A DNA stretch of 28,150 bases from Candidatus Aminicenantes bacterium (lineage in GTDB: Bacteria > Acidobacteriota > Aminicenantia > Aminicenantales > Aminicenantaceae), in the NCBI GenBank assembly GCA_030633795.1, contig DAOWCB010000001.1, positions 1 to 28,150 of the forward strand. The letters are read 5' to 3'. The notes beneath the pieces are model-generated. The model ran no database searches. It had not been told where the DNA came from and saw nothing but the letters and a program-made list of their open reading frames with translations. The translations under genes were made by a program, and so were the position numbers. The first letter of the stretch is position 1; each line of letters starts with the position of its first letter. Below are positions 7,540-16,605 of this stretch, in pieces.

Positions 7540-8933
7540 ATCGCCTCCTTCGAATCCCTTGGTTTGGCTCCCTCCTTTTTCCGTATGACATGGAGCAGGA
7601 CATAGGCGATCAAGGCCAAGATATATCCCGGGAGCCAACGAAAAAATAGATGCAAAGGCAAGAACAAGCAGACAGCCAATGTCCCGATCCATACAATCAA
7701 CGCCCTCCCATTGAAATTTTTCTTATTTTTTTCGGTTTGAAATTGTTCTATCTTAAACAGAGGAAAAAGCCAATGCTCAGCAAAAACAATCGCACCGATG
7801 GGCATCAAAACCAGACCATAAATCGCCACATAATCCAAAAGCTTCATGAAAAAGACAGGGAAACATGAGAGTATGGTTGTCAAAAGGCCAGCAGACATGG
7901 TGACCTTCCAGCGGGGCCAGTTGGGCGTTATGACCTGCAGAGCAAGGCCTGCTCTGTACAACGTGGGATTCGCCGTGGTCCAGCCCGCAATAAAAACACC
8001 GGCGGCGCCGGCCAGCCCCACAGCTTCGAAGGCCATAAGGCCCGGATGCATCTCGCGCCCTATGGCTGCCACCATTATTCCCGAACAAATCCATGCCAGA
8101 AAATGCCCGCAATACATCCCGAACGCAGAATAGAGCCCATAGACCCATCTCTTGGCATACCGGAACAGCGCCATATCCGATAGTCCGATGTGCATTGCGA
8201 GATTGCAAAACCATGCAAAAAACAGGACATGCGCCAAACGGAATTTTTCCTGTCCTTCAGCTGCCACTCCATTCCAAATTTTGGTTCTGGCTATTTCAAA
8301 AAAATTATCGAAATTGGCATGCACCCCTAGACGAGGAAGAAGAGCCAGGGCTCCAGCAATGAACAAAACGAAAATCCAAGGCGAGCACACTTGGGCAAAC
8401 CGGCTTAACCTTTCGAATCCCAACACTGCCAATACGGTAAAAATGATTCCGATGCCAAAGGTCAGACAAATCCAACCCAAGCTGCTGGGAAACACATCAT
8501 CCAAGGAAGGGATGTCGATTCCGAAAACAAGCCCGAGAGCGGTGGCAGAAACAGCGATCATAGCCCCGGCCAGTATGCAATAGAGGATGGCATTGGCGAG
8601 GTTGTAGATAACATTGAGCCCTGGACCGGCAATTTTCCTCAAATACCAGTACAAGGTCAGGCGTGTCTGGGTGGCGATCGGAGCACAGATGAATGTCCAA
8701 GACAGGACTGCCAACAGATTTCCCAGAATCAGACCAAGAAGCAAATCATGAAGGCTTACGCCGTGGAGAACAAAAAATGCACCGATCACAAATTCCGTGG
8801 CTGCCACATGTTCTCCAGCAAAAAGCCCTGCAAAACAGGCCCCGTTTTGCAGCCTATCCGAAGAAACAGGTTCGCGATCGAACTCATACAGGTGGTCCAT
8901 CCGATCGGTTATTCGCGATAACGAAGTGGCCAT
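7536..8933 (-). CDS. NCS1 / purine-cytosine permease-like transporter (about 465 aa, about 12 TM); substrate unknown
   Basis: About 12 hydrophobic segments. WTTANPTLYRAGLAL resembles the CodB-type TM8 motif WTTNxxxLY, and SDMALFRYAK resembles the NCS1 TM6 D-x-x-R-Y/F motif. The start is uncertain (ATG 8933 chosen; 8900 possible). Confidence 0.7.
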   Translation of the reverse strand: MATSLSRITDRMDHLYEFDREPVSSDRLQNGACFAGLFAGEHVAATEFVIGAFFVLHGVSLHDLLLGLILGNLLAVLSWTFICAPIATQTRLTLYWYLRKIAGPGLNVIYNLANAILYCILAGAMIAVSATALGLVFGIDIPSLDDVFPSSLGWICLTFGIGIIFTVLAVLGFERLSRFAQVCSPWIFVLFIAGALALLPRLGVHANFDNFFEIARTKIWNGVAAEGQEKFRLAHVLFFAWFCNLAMHIGLSDMALFRYAKRWVYGLYSAFGMYCGHFLAWICSGIMVAAIGREMHPGLMAFEAVGLAGAAGVFIAGWTTANPTLYRAGLALQVITPNWPRWKVTMSAGLLTTILSCFPVFFMKLLDYVAIYGLVLMPIGAIVFAEHWLFPLFKIEQFQTEKNKKNFNGRALIVWIGTLAVCLFLPLHLFFRWLPGYILALIAYVLLHVIRKKEGAKPRDSKEAI

Positions 8934-9142
8934 GATGATGTTTTTTGAGATCCTGGAGTAATATACATTATGATGTGGCAATTCACAAGATTCCGATCCG
9001 GTTGACTTTTGGGATGTGGACATAGCAATATAGGCAACAAGCACCATGGTTTAGTATGGTTAGCCGTGCTCTTCAGAAAAAATCCTGGCCATGTATGAAA
9101 CCGGGCATGAATACGGTTGGACATAACTCTGTAATGTAAGCA

Positions 9143-9171
9143 TTGACCCTCCCAATAGATTTCATTATAAT
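9143..9171 (+). promoter_or_regulatory. Near-consensus sigma70 promoter for asnS
   Basis: TTGACC-N17-TATAAT, ending 9 nt before the ATG at 9181. Confidence 0.7.
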
Positions 9172-9180
9172 CGGGGCATC

Positions 9181-10473
9181 ATGAAATGGGCTTATATTGA
9201 AGATATTGCTGGTTTTAAGGACCAAGAAGTCGAAATACGGGGATGGGTTTACAACAAACGCTCCGGTGGTAAGATCCGGTTCCTCTTGATTCGAGACGGG
9301 ACAGGTTTGATCCAGGGAACGATTTACAGCCCGGATAAGGATAACCCGCTTTTTCAAAAGTTCGACCTACTCACCCAGGAGTCTTCCATAATCGTCCGTG
9401 GTGTCGTGAAAGAGGACAAAAGAGCACCCGGAGGTTATGAATTAGGGATATCGGATTTGGAAATCGTCCAGATCGCACCTGAATACCCCATCACCCCAAA
9501 GGAACACGGGATTCCTTTCCTGATGGAGCACCGTCACCTCTGGCTTCGCTCGCAAAAGCAGCATGCCGTTCTCCAGATAAGAGCCGAACTCATTAAAGCG
9601 ATTCGTGACTTTTTTGACTCCCGGGGATTCCGCAATATGGACACGCCTATCTTGACTCCCAGTGCCTGTGAAGGAACGACTACCCTTTTCGAGACAGAAT
9701 ACTTCGACCAGAAAGCCTATCTAAGCCAGAGCGGGCAACTTTATAACGAAGCCACAGCCATGGCTTTCGGTAAAGTATATTGTTTCGGACCGACATTCCG
9801 GGCGGAAAAATCCAAAACGAGAAAACATTTGATCGAGTTCTGGATGGTCGAGCCGGAAGTGGCTTTTGCCACCCTTCAAGATATCACCGACCTTGCCGAA
9901 GACTTGATCGTGTCCATCATTACGCGTATCCTGGAAACAAGAAGTACAGAACTTGAGATTCTGGAGAGAGAGATCGCCCCCCTCGAACGGGTGAAAAAGC
10001 CCTTCCACCGGATTAAATACGGCAAAATTCTTCCCAATCTCAAAGAAAAGGGTTCCAAGATCGAGTGGGGAGATGATTTCGGAGCGCCTGAAGAAACCAT
10101 CCTATCTGAAATCTATGATTCTCCCGTCTGTGTCACCCATTTTCCCGCCCAAATTAAGGCCTTCTACATGCAACCGGATGAGGAAAATCCGGATGAGGTG
10201 TTGGGAGTAGACGTGTTTGCGTCCGAAGGATACGGGGAGCTTATAGGAGGAGGACAGCGTATCCATGATCTTGATTTGCTGGAAAAACGAGTCAAAGAAC
10301 ACAATCTTCCTCGTGAAGCTTATGAATGGTACTTGGATCTCCGGAAATATGGTTCCGTTCCGCACTCAGGATTTGGATTGGGCTTGGAAAGGGCCCTGTC
10401 TTGGATCTGCAAAATAAAGCACATCCGTGAAGCTATCCCCTTCCCTCGTCTTCTCTACAAAATCTACCCCTAG
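9181..10473 (+). CDS. asnS: Asparagine--tRNA ligase
   Basis: OB-fold N-terminus (RGWVYNKR...RDGTG), [41 protein letters not shown] and [15 protein letters not shown]. Confidence 0.95.
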   Translation: MKWAYIEDIAGFKDQEVEIRGWVYNKRSGGKIRFLLIRDGTGLIQGTIYSPDKDNPLFQKFDLLTQESSIIVRGVVKEDKRAPGGYELGISDLEIVQIAPEYPITPKEHGIPFLMEHRHLWLRSQKQHAVLQIRAELIKAIRDFFDSRGFRNMDTPILTPSACEGTTTLFETEYFDQKAYLSQSGQLYNEATAMAFGKVYCFGPTFRAEKSKTRKHLIEFWMVEPEVAFATLQDITDLAEDLIVSIITRILETRSTELEILEREIAPLERVKKPFHRIKYGKILPNLKEKGSKIEWGDDFGAPEETILSEIYDSPVCVTHFPAQIKAFYMQPDEENPDEVLGVDVFASEGYGELIGGGQRIHDLDLLEKRVKEHNLPREAYEWYLDLRKYGSVPHSGFGLGLERALSWICKIKHIREAIPFPRLLYKIYP

Positions 10474-10503
10474 CCCATTTCAATTCTTGTCTTCCTCTTA
10501 TCT

Positions 10504-10623
10504 GGGAGCATTTCGAAAACCGATGTATTCTTTGATCAGTCAAGTTTCAGGCAGGCAGGTTGATGAGGAGGTCATCCGGCGGCCTGACTACTTCTTCATC
10601 ACAGTTTTTGAAATGTTTATCCC
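10504..10623 (+). ncRNA. Putative structured RNA element (about 120-nt long hairpin) between asnS and rimO; family unknown
   Basis: 14-bp stem 10507-10520/10604-10617 with 2 G-U pairs, plus GGG/CCC closing pairs. Inner hairpin TGATGAGGAG-GTCA...TGAC-CTTCTTCATCA at 10561-10601. Folded by eye. Confidence 0.45.
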
Positions 10624-10652
10624 TTTACTCTTTCTGGCTGTGAATTTACAAT
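10624..10652 (+). promoter_or_regulatory. Candidate sigma70 promoter for the rimO operon
   Basis: TTTACT-N17-TACAAT, ending 9 nt before the ATG at 10662. Confidence 0.5.
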
Positions 10653-10661
10653 GAAGGGAAG

Positions 10662-11981
10662 ATGAAAAAGGTCGCATTGATCAGCCTGGGATGCACAAAA
10701 AATCTCGTCGACAGCGAAGTTATGCTCGGTATTTTGGAAAGGCAAAAGTATGACCTGGTTCCCGAAATCGAGATGGCTGAAATCATCATCATCAACACCT
10801 GTGGGTTCATCCATCCTGCCCGTCAAGAAGCCCGCGATGTCATCAAAAATGCAGTCCTGGAAAAAAACAAGTCCAAAAACAAAAAAATCATCGTTTCCGG
10901 ATGTTATGTGCAAAGAAATCAAGCTAGTCTTCAGAAGGTCTTTCCTGAAGTCGATGCATGGACAGGAGTGACAGACTTTGACAAGATCGGACAAATTATC
11001 GAAGGAAAATCCTTTCAGAACGCGCAAAACTGCTTTTTGTATGATCATACTTCTCCTCGTTTGATTTCAACACCTCCTGCTTGGGCTTATATCAAGATCT
11101 CCGAAGGGTGCTCGAAAAGCTGTTCTTTTTGCGCCATCCCGTTGATCAAAGGGCCCTATCGATCCCGGAACATCCCATCCATTGCTGAAGAAATCAAAAA
11201 ACTTGTGTCGAAAGGCATACGAGAAATCAATCTGATTTCACAAGACACCACGTTTTATGGACACGACCTCCGATTAAATGACGGACTTGTGCTTCTGCTC
11301 GAAGAGCTCTTGAACATCGATAATCTCGAATGGATTCGCATCCTGTACAGCTATCCCGAAGAAATCTCCGATTCTTTGTTGAACATCATGTGCGAGGAAA
11401 GAATCTGTTCCTATTTGGATATTCCGTTCCAACACTCCCATCCCTTCATCACAAAACGCATGAAAAGAGGATTAGACGGGAAAAAATCTTTGGAATTGCT
11501 GGAGCGCATAAGAAAACAGATCCCGGATATAGCCATCAGAACGTCCTTAATTGTCGGGTTTCCGGGAGAAGGCAAACAAGAATTCGATGATTTGATGGCT
11601 TTTGTCACACATGCCCAGTTTGACCACCTTGGCGTTTTCACCTATTCCCCAGAGGAAGGGACAAAATGCTTTGAACTGGGAGATCCTGTCAAAGAAAAAG
11701 TCAAACTGAGACGGAAGGAAAATATAATGAACATTCAAGCAGAAATATCCTATGAGAACAACCAAAAATATGTTGGCCAATCCATCGACGTCCTGATAGA
11801 GGGGACATTGAAACAAGACCAAACTTTGATGGTGGGCAGGGGACAATTCCAAGCACCCGAAGTGGACGGGGTTGTATTTATCTCCTCCGAGGAAATAGAA
11901 ACAGAAATTTTCAACACTATCCAAAAAGTTGAAATCAACGGTCGGGATGTATATGATTTATATGGAAACGTAAAACGATGA
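10662..11981 (+). CDS. rimO: Ribosomal protein S12 methylthiotransferase
   Basis: ISLGCTKNLVDSE, INTCGFI, YIKISEGCSKSCSFCAIP (radical-SAM CxxxCxxC), SQDTTFYG and C-terminal TRAM region with QAPEVDG. Confidence 0.95.
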   Translation: MKKVALISLGCTKNLVDSEVMLGILERQKYDLVPEIEMAEIIIINTCGFIHPARQEARDVIKNAVLEKNKSKNKKIIVSGCYVQRNQASLQKVFPEVDAWTGVTDFDKIGQIIEGKSFQNAQNCFLYDHTSPRLISTPPAWAYIKISEGCSKSCSFCAIPLIKGPYRSRNIPSIAEEIKKLVSKGIREINLISQDTTFYGHDLRLNDGLVLLLEELLNIDNLEWIRILYSYPEEISDSLLNIMCEERICSYLDIPFQHSHPFITKRMKRGLDGKKSLELLERIRKQIPDIAIRTSLIVGFPGEGKQEFDDLMAFVTHAQFDHLGVFTYSPEEGTKCFELGDPVKEKVKLRRKENIMNIQAEISYENNQKYVGQSIDVLIEGTLKQDQTLMVGRGQFQAPEVDGVVFISSEEIETEIFNTIQKVEINGRDVYDLYGNVKR

Positions 11982-12427
11982 AATTATTTTCAAAAATAAC
12001 CGCAACCTTTTTCGGAGTGGGGTATTTTCCAGTGGCACCGGGAACACTAACCAGTGCTATCATCGTCCTTCTTTACAAATTTTTTCTATACAGACTGAGT
12101 TGGCCTATCTATTTATTACTATTTTTTGTGCTTTTTGCCCTTGGCACATTTGTATCAGATGTCTACTCTCGAAGACTAAAAAAGGAGGACCCCCGTACAG
12201 TCGTCATTGATGAAGCTGCTGGACAGTTCATTGCCCTATTCCTCCTCAGCCCGCAGTGGACACTCTGTGCCGCGTGTTTTTTTCTTTTCCGTTTTTTCGA
12301 TATCCTCAAACCTTTTCCGATAAATAGAGTCGAAACATTTCCCAGGGGATTCGGGATCATGCTCGATGACATTGCGGCAGCTATCTTTGCAGGGATCCTG
12401 ATCAACCTCTTCTTATTGTTAACATGA
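11978..12427 (+). CDS. pgpA: Phosphatidylglycerophosphatase A
   Basis: GVGYFPVAPGT, DPRTVVIDEAAG, FRFFDILKPFPI and GIMLDDIAA motifs; hydrophobic. Confidence 0.92.
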   Translation: MKLFSKITATFFGVGYFPVAPGTLTSAIIVLLYKFFLYRLSWPIYLLLFFVLFALGTFVSDVYSRRLKKEDPRTVVIDEAAGQFIALFLLSPQWTLCAACFFLFRFFDILKPFPINRVETFPRGFGIMLDDIAAAIFAGILINLFLLLT

Positions 12428-13689
12428 AACCCGCAAAAGATTGGAAGATCGAGATCCTTGCCGTAGGATCTGAGTTGCTAACTCCTCACTTTCAAGACAC
12501 AAATTCTCTCTATTTAACAAAAAGGCTGAATGATTTAGGCCTTGATGTCCAAATCAAAACTATCGTTGGAGACCAGTGGGATAATCTTTGTCTGGCATTC
12601 CGACAGATTCTCGCCCGCACAGACTTGATGATTGCTACTGGTGGACTCGGCCCAACAAAAGATGACAGAACCCGAGAGGCTTTGGCCTCTGTCTTGGACA
12701 GGAAACTCCTTTTCAGAGACGATCTGCTCAGAGCGATCGAAAGAAGATTCTCAAGTCGGCAAATGAAAATGCCTGAAGTCAACAAGAAACAGGCCTATCT
12801 CATCGAGGATGCAGTAGTCCTCGAAAACAAAAATGGCACAGCACCCGGCCAATGGATCGATACTGGCTCGGATACGGTTATCCTTCTTCCAGGCCCCCCT
12901 CACGAGATCAAACCCATGTTCGAAAACTATGTCTGGCCCCGCCTACAAGCCTTCCAAAACAGATATATCTATCGCCGTGTGATAAAAACAGCCGGGCTTA
13001 CAGAATCTCAGATCGAGACTTACCTCGGGGACCTTTATCCCAAAATACTAGAAGTCCAACTTACCACTCTGGCTTCTCCCGGCCAGATTGCGATCCATCT
13101 CAAGAGTAGCTCTGATAAAAGCATTTCCCAAGCGAAACATAAGGTCGGCCAGGCCATAAAACTCATCTGTGATGCCCTTGAAAAAGGAGTCTACTCCACA
13201 GAAGGAGAAGAGCTGGAGGAAGTCATAGGAAAATATCTTAAGAAAAAACATCAAACGGTGGCTGTGGCGGAATCATGCACAGGAGGCTTTCTTGGCCACC
13301 GCATCACCAACGTCTCGGGAAGCTCTGAATATTTTCTTCAAGGTATTTTGGCATACAGCAATACAGCAAAGACAGATTTATTAGGGGTCTCCCCAGAGAT
13401 AATCGACAAGTATGGGGCGGTCAGTCCTCAAGTCGCTCTGACAATGGCAACAGGAATCAGAGAAAGAGCGAACGCCACCTACGGATTATCCATCACAGGG
13501 ATTGCAGGTCCTTCGGGTGGAACAAAGGAGAAACCCGTGGGCCTGGTTTACATAGCGCTGGCCCACGACCAGGATGTCCTTGTTAAAAAAAACCTTTTTT
13601 TAGGTGACCGGAATGCGATAAAATTCCAATCGAGTCAGAAAGCTTTGGATATGCTTCGTCGACATCTATCGGGCACGAGCCAATCATGA
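12424..13689 (+). CDS. cinA: Competence/damage-inducible protein A (MoCF-like domain plus PncC NMN deamidase domain)
   Basis: AVGSELL...DTNS, TGGLGPTKDDRT, GTAPG and LPGPPHE in the N-domain; AESCTGG, GAVS and SITGIAGPSGG in the C-domain. Confidence 0.93.
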   Translation: MKPAKDWKIEILAVGSELLTPHFQDTNSLYLTKRLNDLGLDVQIKTIVGDQWDNLCLAFRQILARTDLMIATGGLGPTKDDRTREALASVLDRKLLFRDDLLRAIERRFSSRQMKMPEVNKKQAYLIEDAVVLENKNGTAPGQWIDTGSDTVILLPGPPHEIKPMFENYVWPRLQAFQNRYIYRRVIKTAGLTESQIETYLGDLYPKILEVQLTTLASPGQIAIHLKSSSDKSISQAKHKVGQAIKLICDALEKGVYSTEGEELEEVIGKYLKKKHQTVAVAESCTGGFLGHRITNVSGSSEYFLQGILAYSNTAKTDLLGVSPEIIDKYGAVSPQVALTMATGIRERANATYGLSITGIAGPSGGTKEKPVGLVYIALAHDQDVLVKKNLFLGDRNAIKFQSSQKALDMLRRHLSGTSQS

Positions 13690-14243
13690 GAACATTTATC
13701 GCTATCGAGCTTGATAACACGATCAAAGATAACGTATCTGAACTCATCCAGAAATTGGACACAGGTGGCAGAAACATCCGGTGGGTCAAACCCCAGGGTA
13801 TGCATCTGACGCTTAAATTTCTTGGTGATGTCTCCGAGGATAAAAACACAGAAGTCAAATCAGTGTTGGGAAGTATCGCCACAGACTATTCCCGTTTCCC
13901 ACTCAGTTTAAAGGGAACGGGAACATTTCCTACAGCGGCACGGATTCCCCGGGTTGTGTGGATCGGGATCGAAAAGAATGAGTTCCTCCAGAATATCCAA
14001 GACAGGGTGGAAAAAGAACTCCATAACATCCGATTTCCAAAGGAGAAAAGAAAATATTTTCCCCATCTAACGTTAGGCCGCGTCAAGGGACTGCAAAACA
14101 TCGAGACAATAATGGAAACGCTTAACCAATACAAAGAGGCCGAGTTTGGGGGGATGACTGTAAACAAGATCACTCTTTTCAAGAGCACGCTAAAACCAAC
14201 CGGGGCTGAATACGCCATACTATCGGAGTTTCATCTGAAATGA
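13686..14243 (+). CDS. thpR: RNA 2',3'-cyclic phosphodiesterase (2H family, LigT)
   Basis: MRTFIAI start and two HxT motifs (MHLTLKFLG, PHLTLGR); follows cinA. Confidence 0.92.
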   Translation: MRTFIAIELDNTIKDNVSELIQKLDTGGRNIRWVKPQGMHLTLKFLGDVSEDKNTEVKSVLGSIATDYSRFPLSLKGTGTFPTAARIPRVVWIGIEKNEFLQNIQDRVEKELHNIRFPKEKRKYFPHLTLGRVKGLQNIETIMETLNQYKEAEFGGMTVNKITLFKSTLKPTGAEYAILSEFHLK

Positions 14244-14827
14244 AGATACTGTTTGCCCTATTTTCATATTTATTCGGCTCCTTTCCTACAGGATACATCT
14301 TGTACTACCTCAGCGAGAAAAAAGACATCCGTGGGTATGGAAGCCAGAGTATCGGTGCCACAAATGTGTTCAGACTGAAAGGTTGGATTTTTGCCATTCC
14401 TGTGATTTTCGTCGATATTCTAAAGGGCTTTTTGCCCGTGTTTCTTGCTCTGAAGCTTTTTCCCGACAAAAGATTCGCACTTCTCTGTGGATTTCTCGCC
14501 GTTCTCGGCCACTGTTTCCCGCTCTACATCAAACTCAAGGGTGGAAAAGGTGTGGCCACATCAGTTGGCGTGTATTTGGTCTTGGCTTTTAAGCCTCTTC
14601 TTATAGGGATCGGGGTGTTTTTGATTGTCATAGCCTTGACGCGTTATGTCTCTCTTGGCTCCATCATGGCGATGTTGAGCTTGCCTTTATCCATTTATTT
14701 TATTCAAGGCAACCAGGAAGCAGCCATTCTTAGCATCGTCATTTTTCTTCTGATCGTCATAAGACACGGAGGAAATATCCGTCGGCTCGTGGATGGGACT
14801 GAAAGGAAATTAGGGAAAAAAGAGTGA
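14240..14827 (+). CDS. plsY: Glycerol-3-phosphate acyltransferase
   Basis: YLFGSFPTG, DIRGYGSQSIGATNVFR, DILKG, GHCFP, GGKGVAT and RHGGNIRRL. Confidence 0.93.
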   Translation: MKILFALFSYLFGSFPTGYILYYLSEKKDIRGYGSQSIGATNVFRLKGWIFAIPVIFVDILKGFLPVFLALKLFPDKRFALLCGFLAVLGHCFPLYIKLKGGKGVATSVGVYLVLAFKPLLIGIGVFLIVIALTRYVSLGSIMAMLSLPLSIYFIQGNQEAAILSIVIFLLIVIRHGGNIRRLVDGTERKLGKKE

Positions 14828-15849
14828 AAAAAGTCTGCATTGTTGGAGGAGGCTCATGGGGAAGCGCCATGGCTATCCATCTGGGAAGGCTTGAGGTTTG
14901 TACAAACCTCTGGATAAGGGAAAAAGAGATTTATGAGGAGATTGTCTGCACCGGAGAAAACAAGACATTCCTCCCGGGAATCCCAATCCCCTCCTCTGTT
15001 TCCCTTTTTCTTGATCTACAAGAGGCCATCAGGGAAACCGAAACCATTTTTATCGCAGTGCCATCCAGGTTCTGCCGTCAAATGTACACCCAAATGGCCC
15101 CTTTCCTCACTTCTGAACATTTCATCGTTAGCCTGACTAAGGGAATAGAAGAAGAATCCCTAAAGAGGATGAGTGAAGTCATGGGCGAGGTTTTTTCTGA
15201 GACATTCCGTTCTCGCATTGTTGTCCTATCTGGGCCGAGTTTTGCACGAGAAGTGGCAGAATCTCATCCGACGGCTGTGGTTATATCTTCCAAAAATCTC
15301 GAACTGACAAAAAAAATTCAGGCTCTCGTCTCCAGTTTGTATTTTCGTGCCTATAGGTCTGATGATATTATAGGAGTTGAGCTGGCCGGAGCCTGCAAAA
15401 ATGTTATCGCGATTGCTACGGGCATCTCGGACAGTTTCGGTTTCGGAAGCAATTCCATGGCCGCCCTGGTGACCAGGGGCTTGGCAGAAATGACTCGGTT
15501 GGGAGTAAGTCTTGGTGCAAAACAGGAAACCTATGCCGGTCTTGCGGGTATCGGCGACCTTGTTCTCACGTGCACTGGCAAGTTAAGCCGAAACCGGTAT
15601 GTGGGAAGTGAATTGGGAAAAGGAAAAAGCCTGGAAGAAATCATCTCTGGGATGAAAATGATCGCAGAGGGAATTACAACAACCCTTTCAGTACGCCAGC
15701 TGGCTCAAAGGGAGAACGTGGAAATACCGATATGCGAGCAAGTTTTTTCTGTACTTTATCGGGGAAAGAACCCAAAGGATGCCTTCCGGGATTTGATGTT
15801 GAGGGAATTAAAAGATGAATACAAAACCTCCAAGGGAGAAAAAAAATGA
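14824..15849 (+). CDS. gpsA: NAD(P)H-dependent glycerol-3-phosphate dehydrogenase
   Basis: GGGSWG, SLTKGIE, LSGPSFAREV, GACKNVIAIA and GLAGIGDLVLTCT...SRN; GTG start overlapping the plsY stop. Confidence 0.95.
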   Translation: MKKVCIVGGGSWGSAMAIHLGRLEVCTNLWIREKEIYEEIVCTGENKTFLPGIPIPSSVSLFLDLQEAIRETETIFIAVPSRFCRQMYTQMAPFLTSEHFIVSLTKGIEEESLKRMSEVMGEVFSETFRSRIVVLSGPSFAREVAESHPTAVVISSKNLELTKKIQALVSSLYFRAYRSDDIIGVELAGACKNVIAIATGISDSFGFGSNSMAALVTRGLAEMTRLGVSLGAKQETYAGLAGIGDLVLTCTGKLSRNRYVGSELGKGKSLEEIISGMKMIAEGITTTLSVRQLAQRENVEIPICEQVFSVLYRGKNPKDAFRDLMLRELKDEYKTSKGEKK

Positions 15850-16604
15850 AATATAAAATACCCGTGATATTTATCTTCTCTTTAAGCCTGATTGTTTGCG
15901 CTTCGAGCCCAAAAAGGCTTGAAAAACAGAGGGCTAAAGATCCTCAATACCAATACAACGTGGGATTGGTTTATCTCCAGAACAACAAATATGATGAAGC
16001 CATCAATTACTTGAACAAATCTCTAGCCCTCAAGCCAAACTTTGACCTGGCTTTGAATGCCCTTGGCATTATCCATTTTATACAGAGTGACTTCAAAACA
16101 GCCATGAATTATTTTGAGAAATGCCTCGTGGTGAATCCGGACTTAACAGAAGCCCACAATTATCTCGGTTCCGTTTATCAGGAAATGGGCCATTTGGACA
16201 AAGCTGAAACAGAATTCAAGAAGGCCATTGCCGATGTAACTTACCACTCGAGAGAACTCCCTCATTACAACTTGGCCAGATTGTATTTGACAAAAGGAAA
16301 TGATGCTGAAGCACTCAAGCTGGTGAATACCGCCATAAAGCTGAACGATCGGATGGTTATGGCCCTTAACCTCAAAGGAGTTTTGCTTGAAAGGTTTGGA
16401 AAACTCAAGGAGGCCATCTACAGCTACGAAAAGGCATTGAACATCGCTCCAGGGGATATTAATCTCAGCTACAACCTGGCAGTCGCTTATTTCAAGAGTG
16501 ACCGGAGAGCAGAAGCCAAGGCTCTTTTTGAAAAGATTTATCCCAACATGACAGATGAAGAAATAAAAAGCAAAATCGACGAATACCTGAAGGTTTTGAA
16601 GTAA
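15846..16604 (+). CDS. Exported tetratricopeptide-repeat protein, possibly a PilF/PilW-like lipoprotein
   Basis: Signal-like N-terminus ending LIVC-ASS (atypical lipobox); about six TPR-like repeats (QYNVGLVY, ALNALGII, AHNYLGSVY, PHYNLARLY, ALNLKGVL, LSYNLAVAY). Confidence 0.75.
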   Translation: MKYKIPVIFIFSLSLIVCASSPKRLEKQRAKDPQYQYNVGLVYLQNNKYDEAINYLNKSLALKPNFDLALNALGIIHFIQSDFKTAMNYFEKCLVVNPDLTEAHNYLGSVYQEMGHLDKAETEFKKAIADVTYHSRELPHYNLARLYLTKGNDAEALKLVNTAIKLNDRMVMALNLKGVLLERFGKLKEAIYSYEKALNIAPGDINLSYNLAVAYFKSDRRAEAKALFEKIYPNMTDEEIKSKIDEYLKVLK

Positions 16605-16605
16605 G

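Noticed and set aside
9044-9105. Interrupted hairpin in the permease/asnS divergent region
   Set aside because: Only about 12 interrupted pairs around a large loop, which is expected by chance at this length.
10560-10615. Hammerhead ribozyme suggested by TGATGAG...GAAA
   Set aside because: The core needs CUGANGA and a correctly placed GAAA after stem II; here it is TTGATGAG and the geometry does not fit.
10563-10643. 26-codon ORF (MRRSSGGL...) upstream of rimO as a leader peptide
   Set aside because: No SD, no informative codon enrichment, and it overlaps the predicted rimO promoter.
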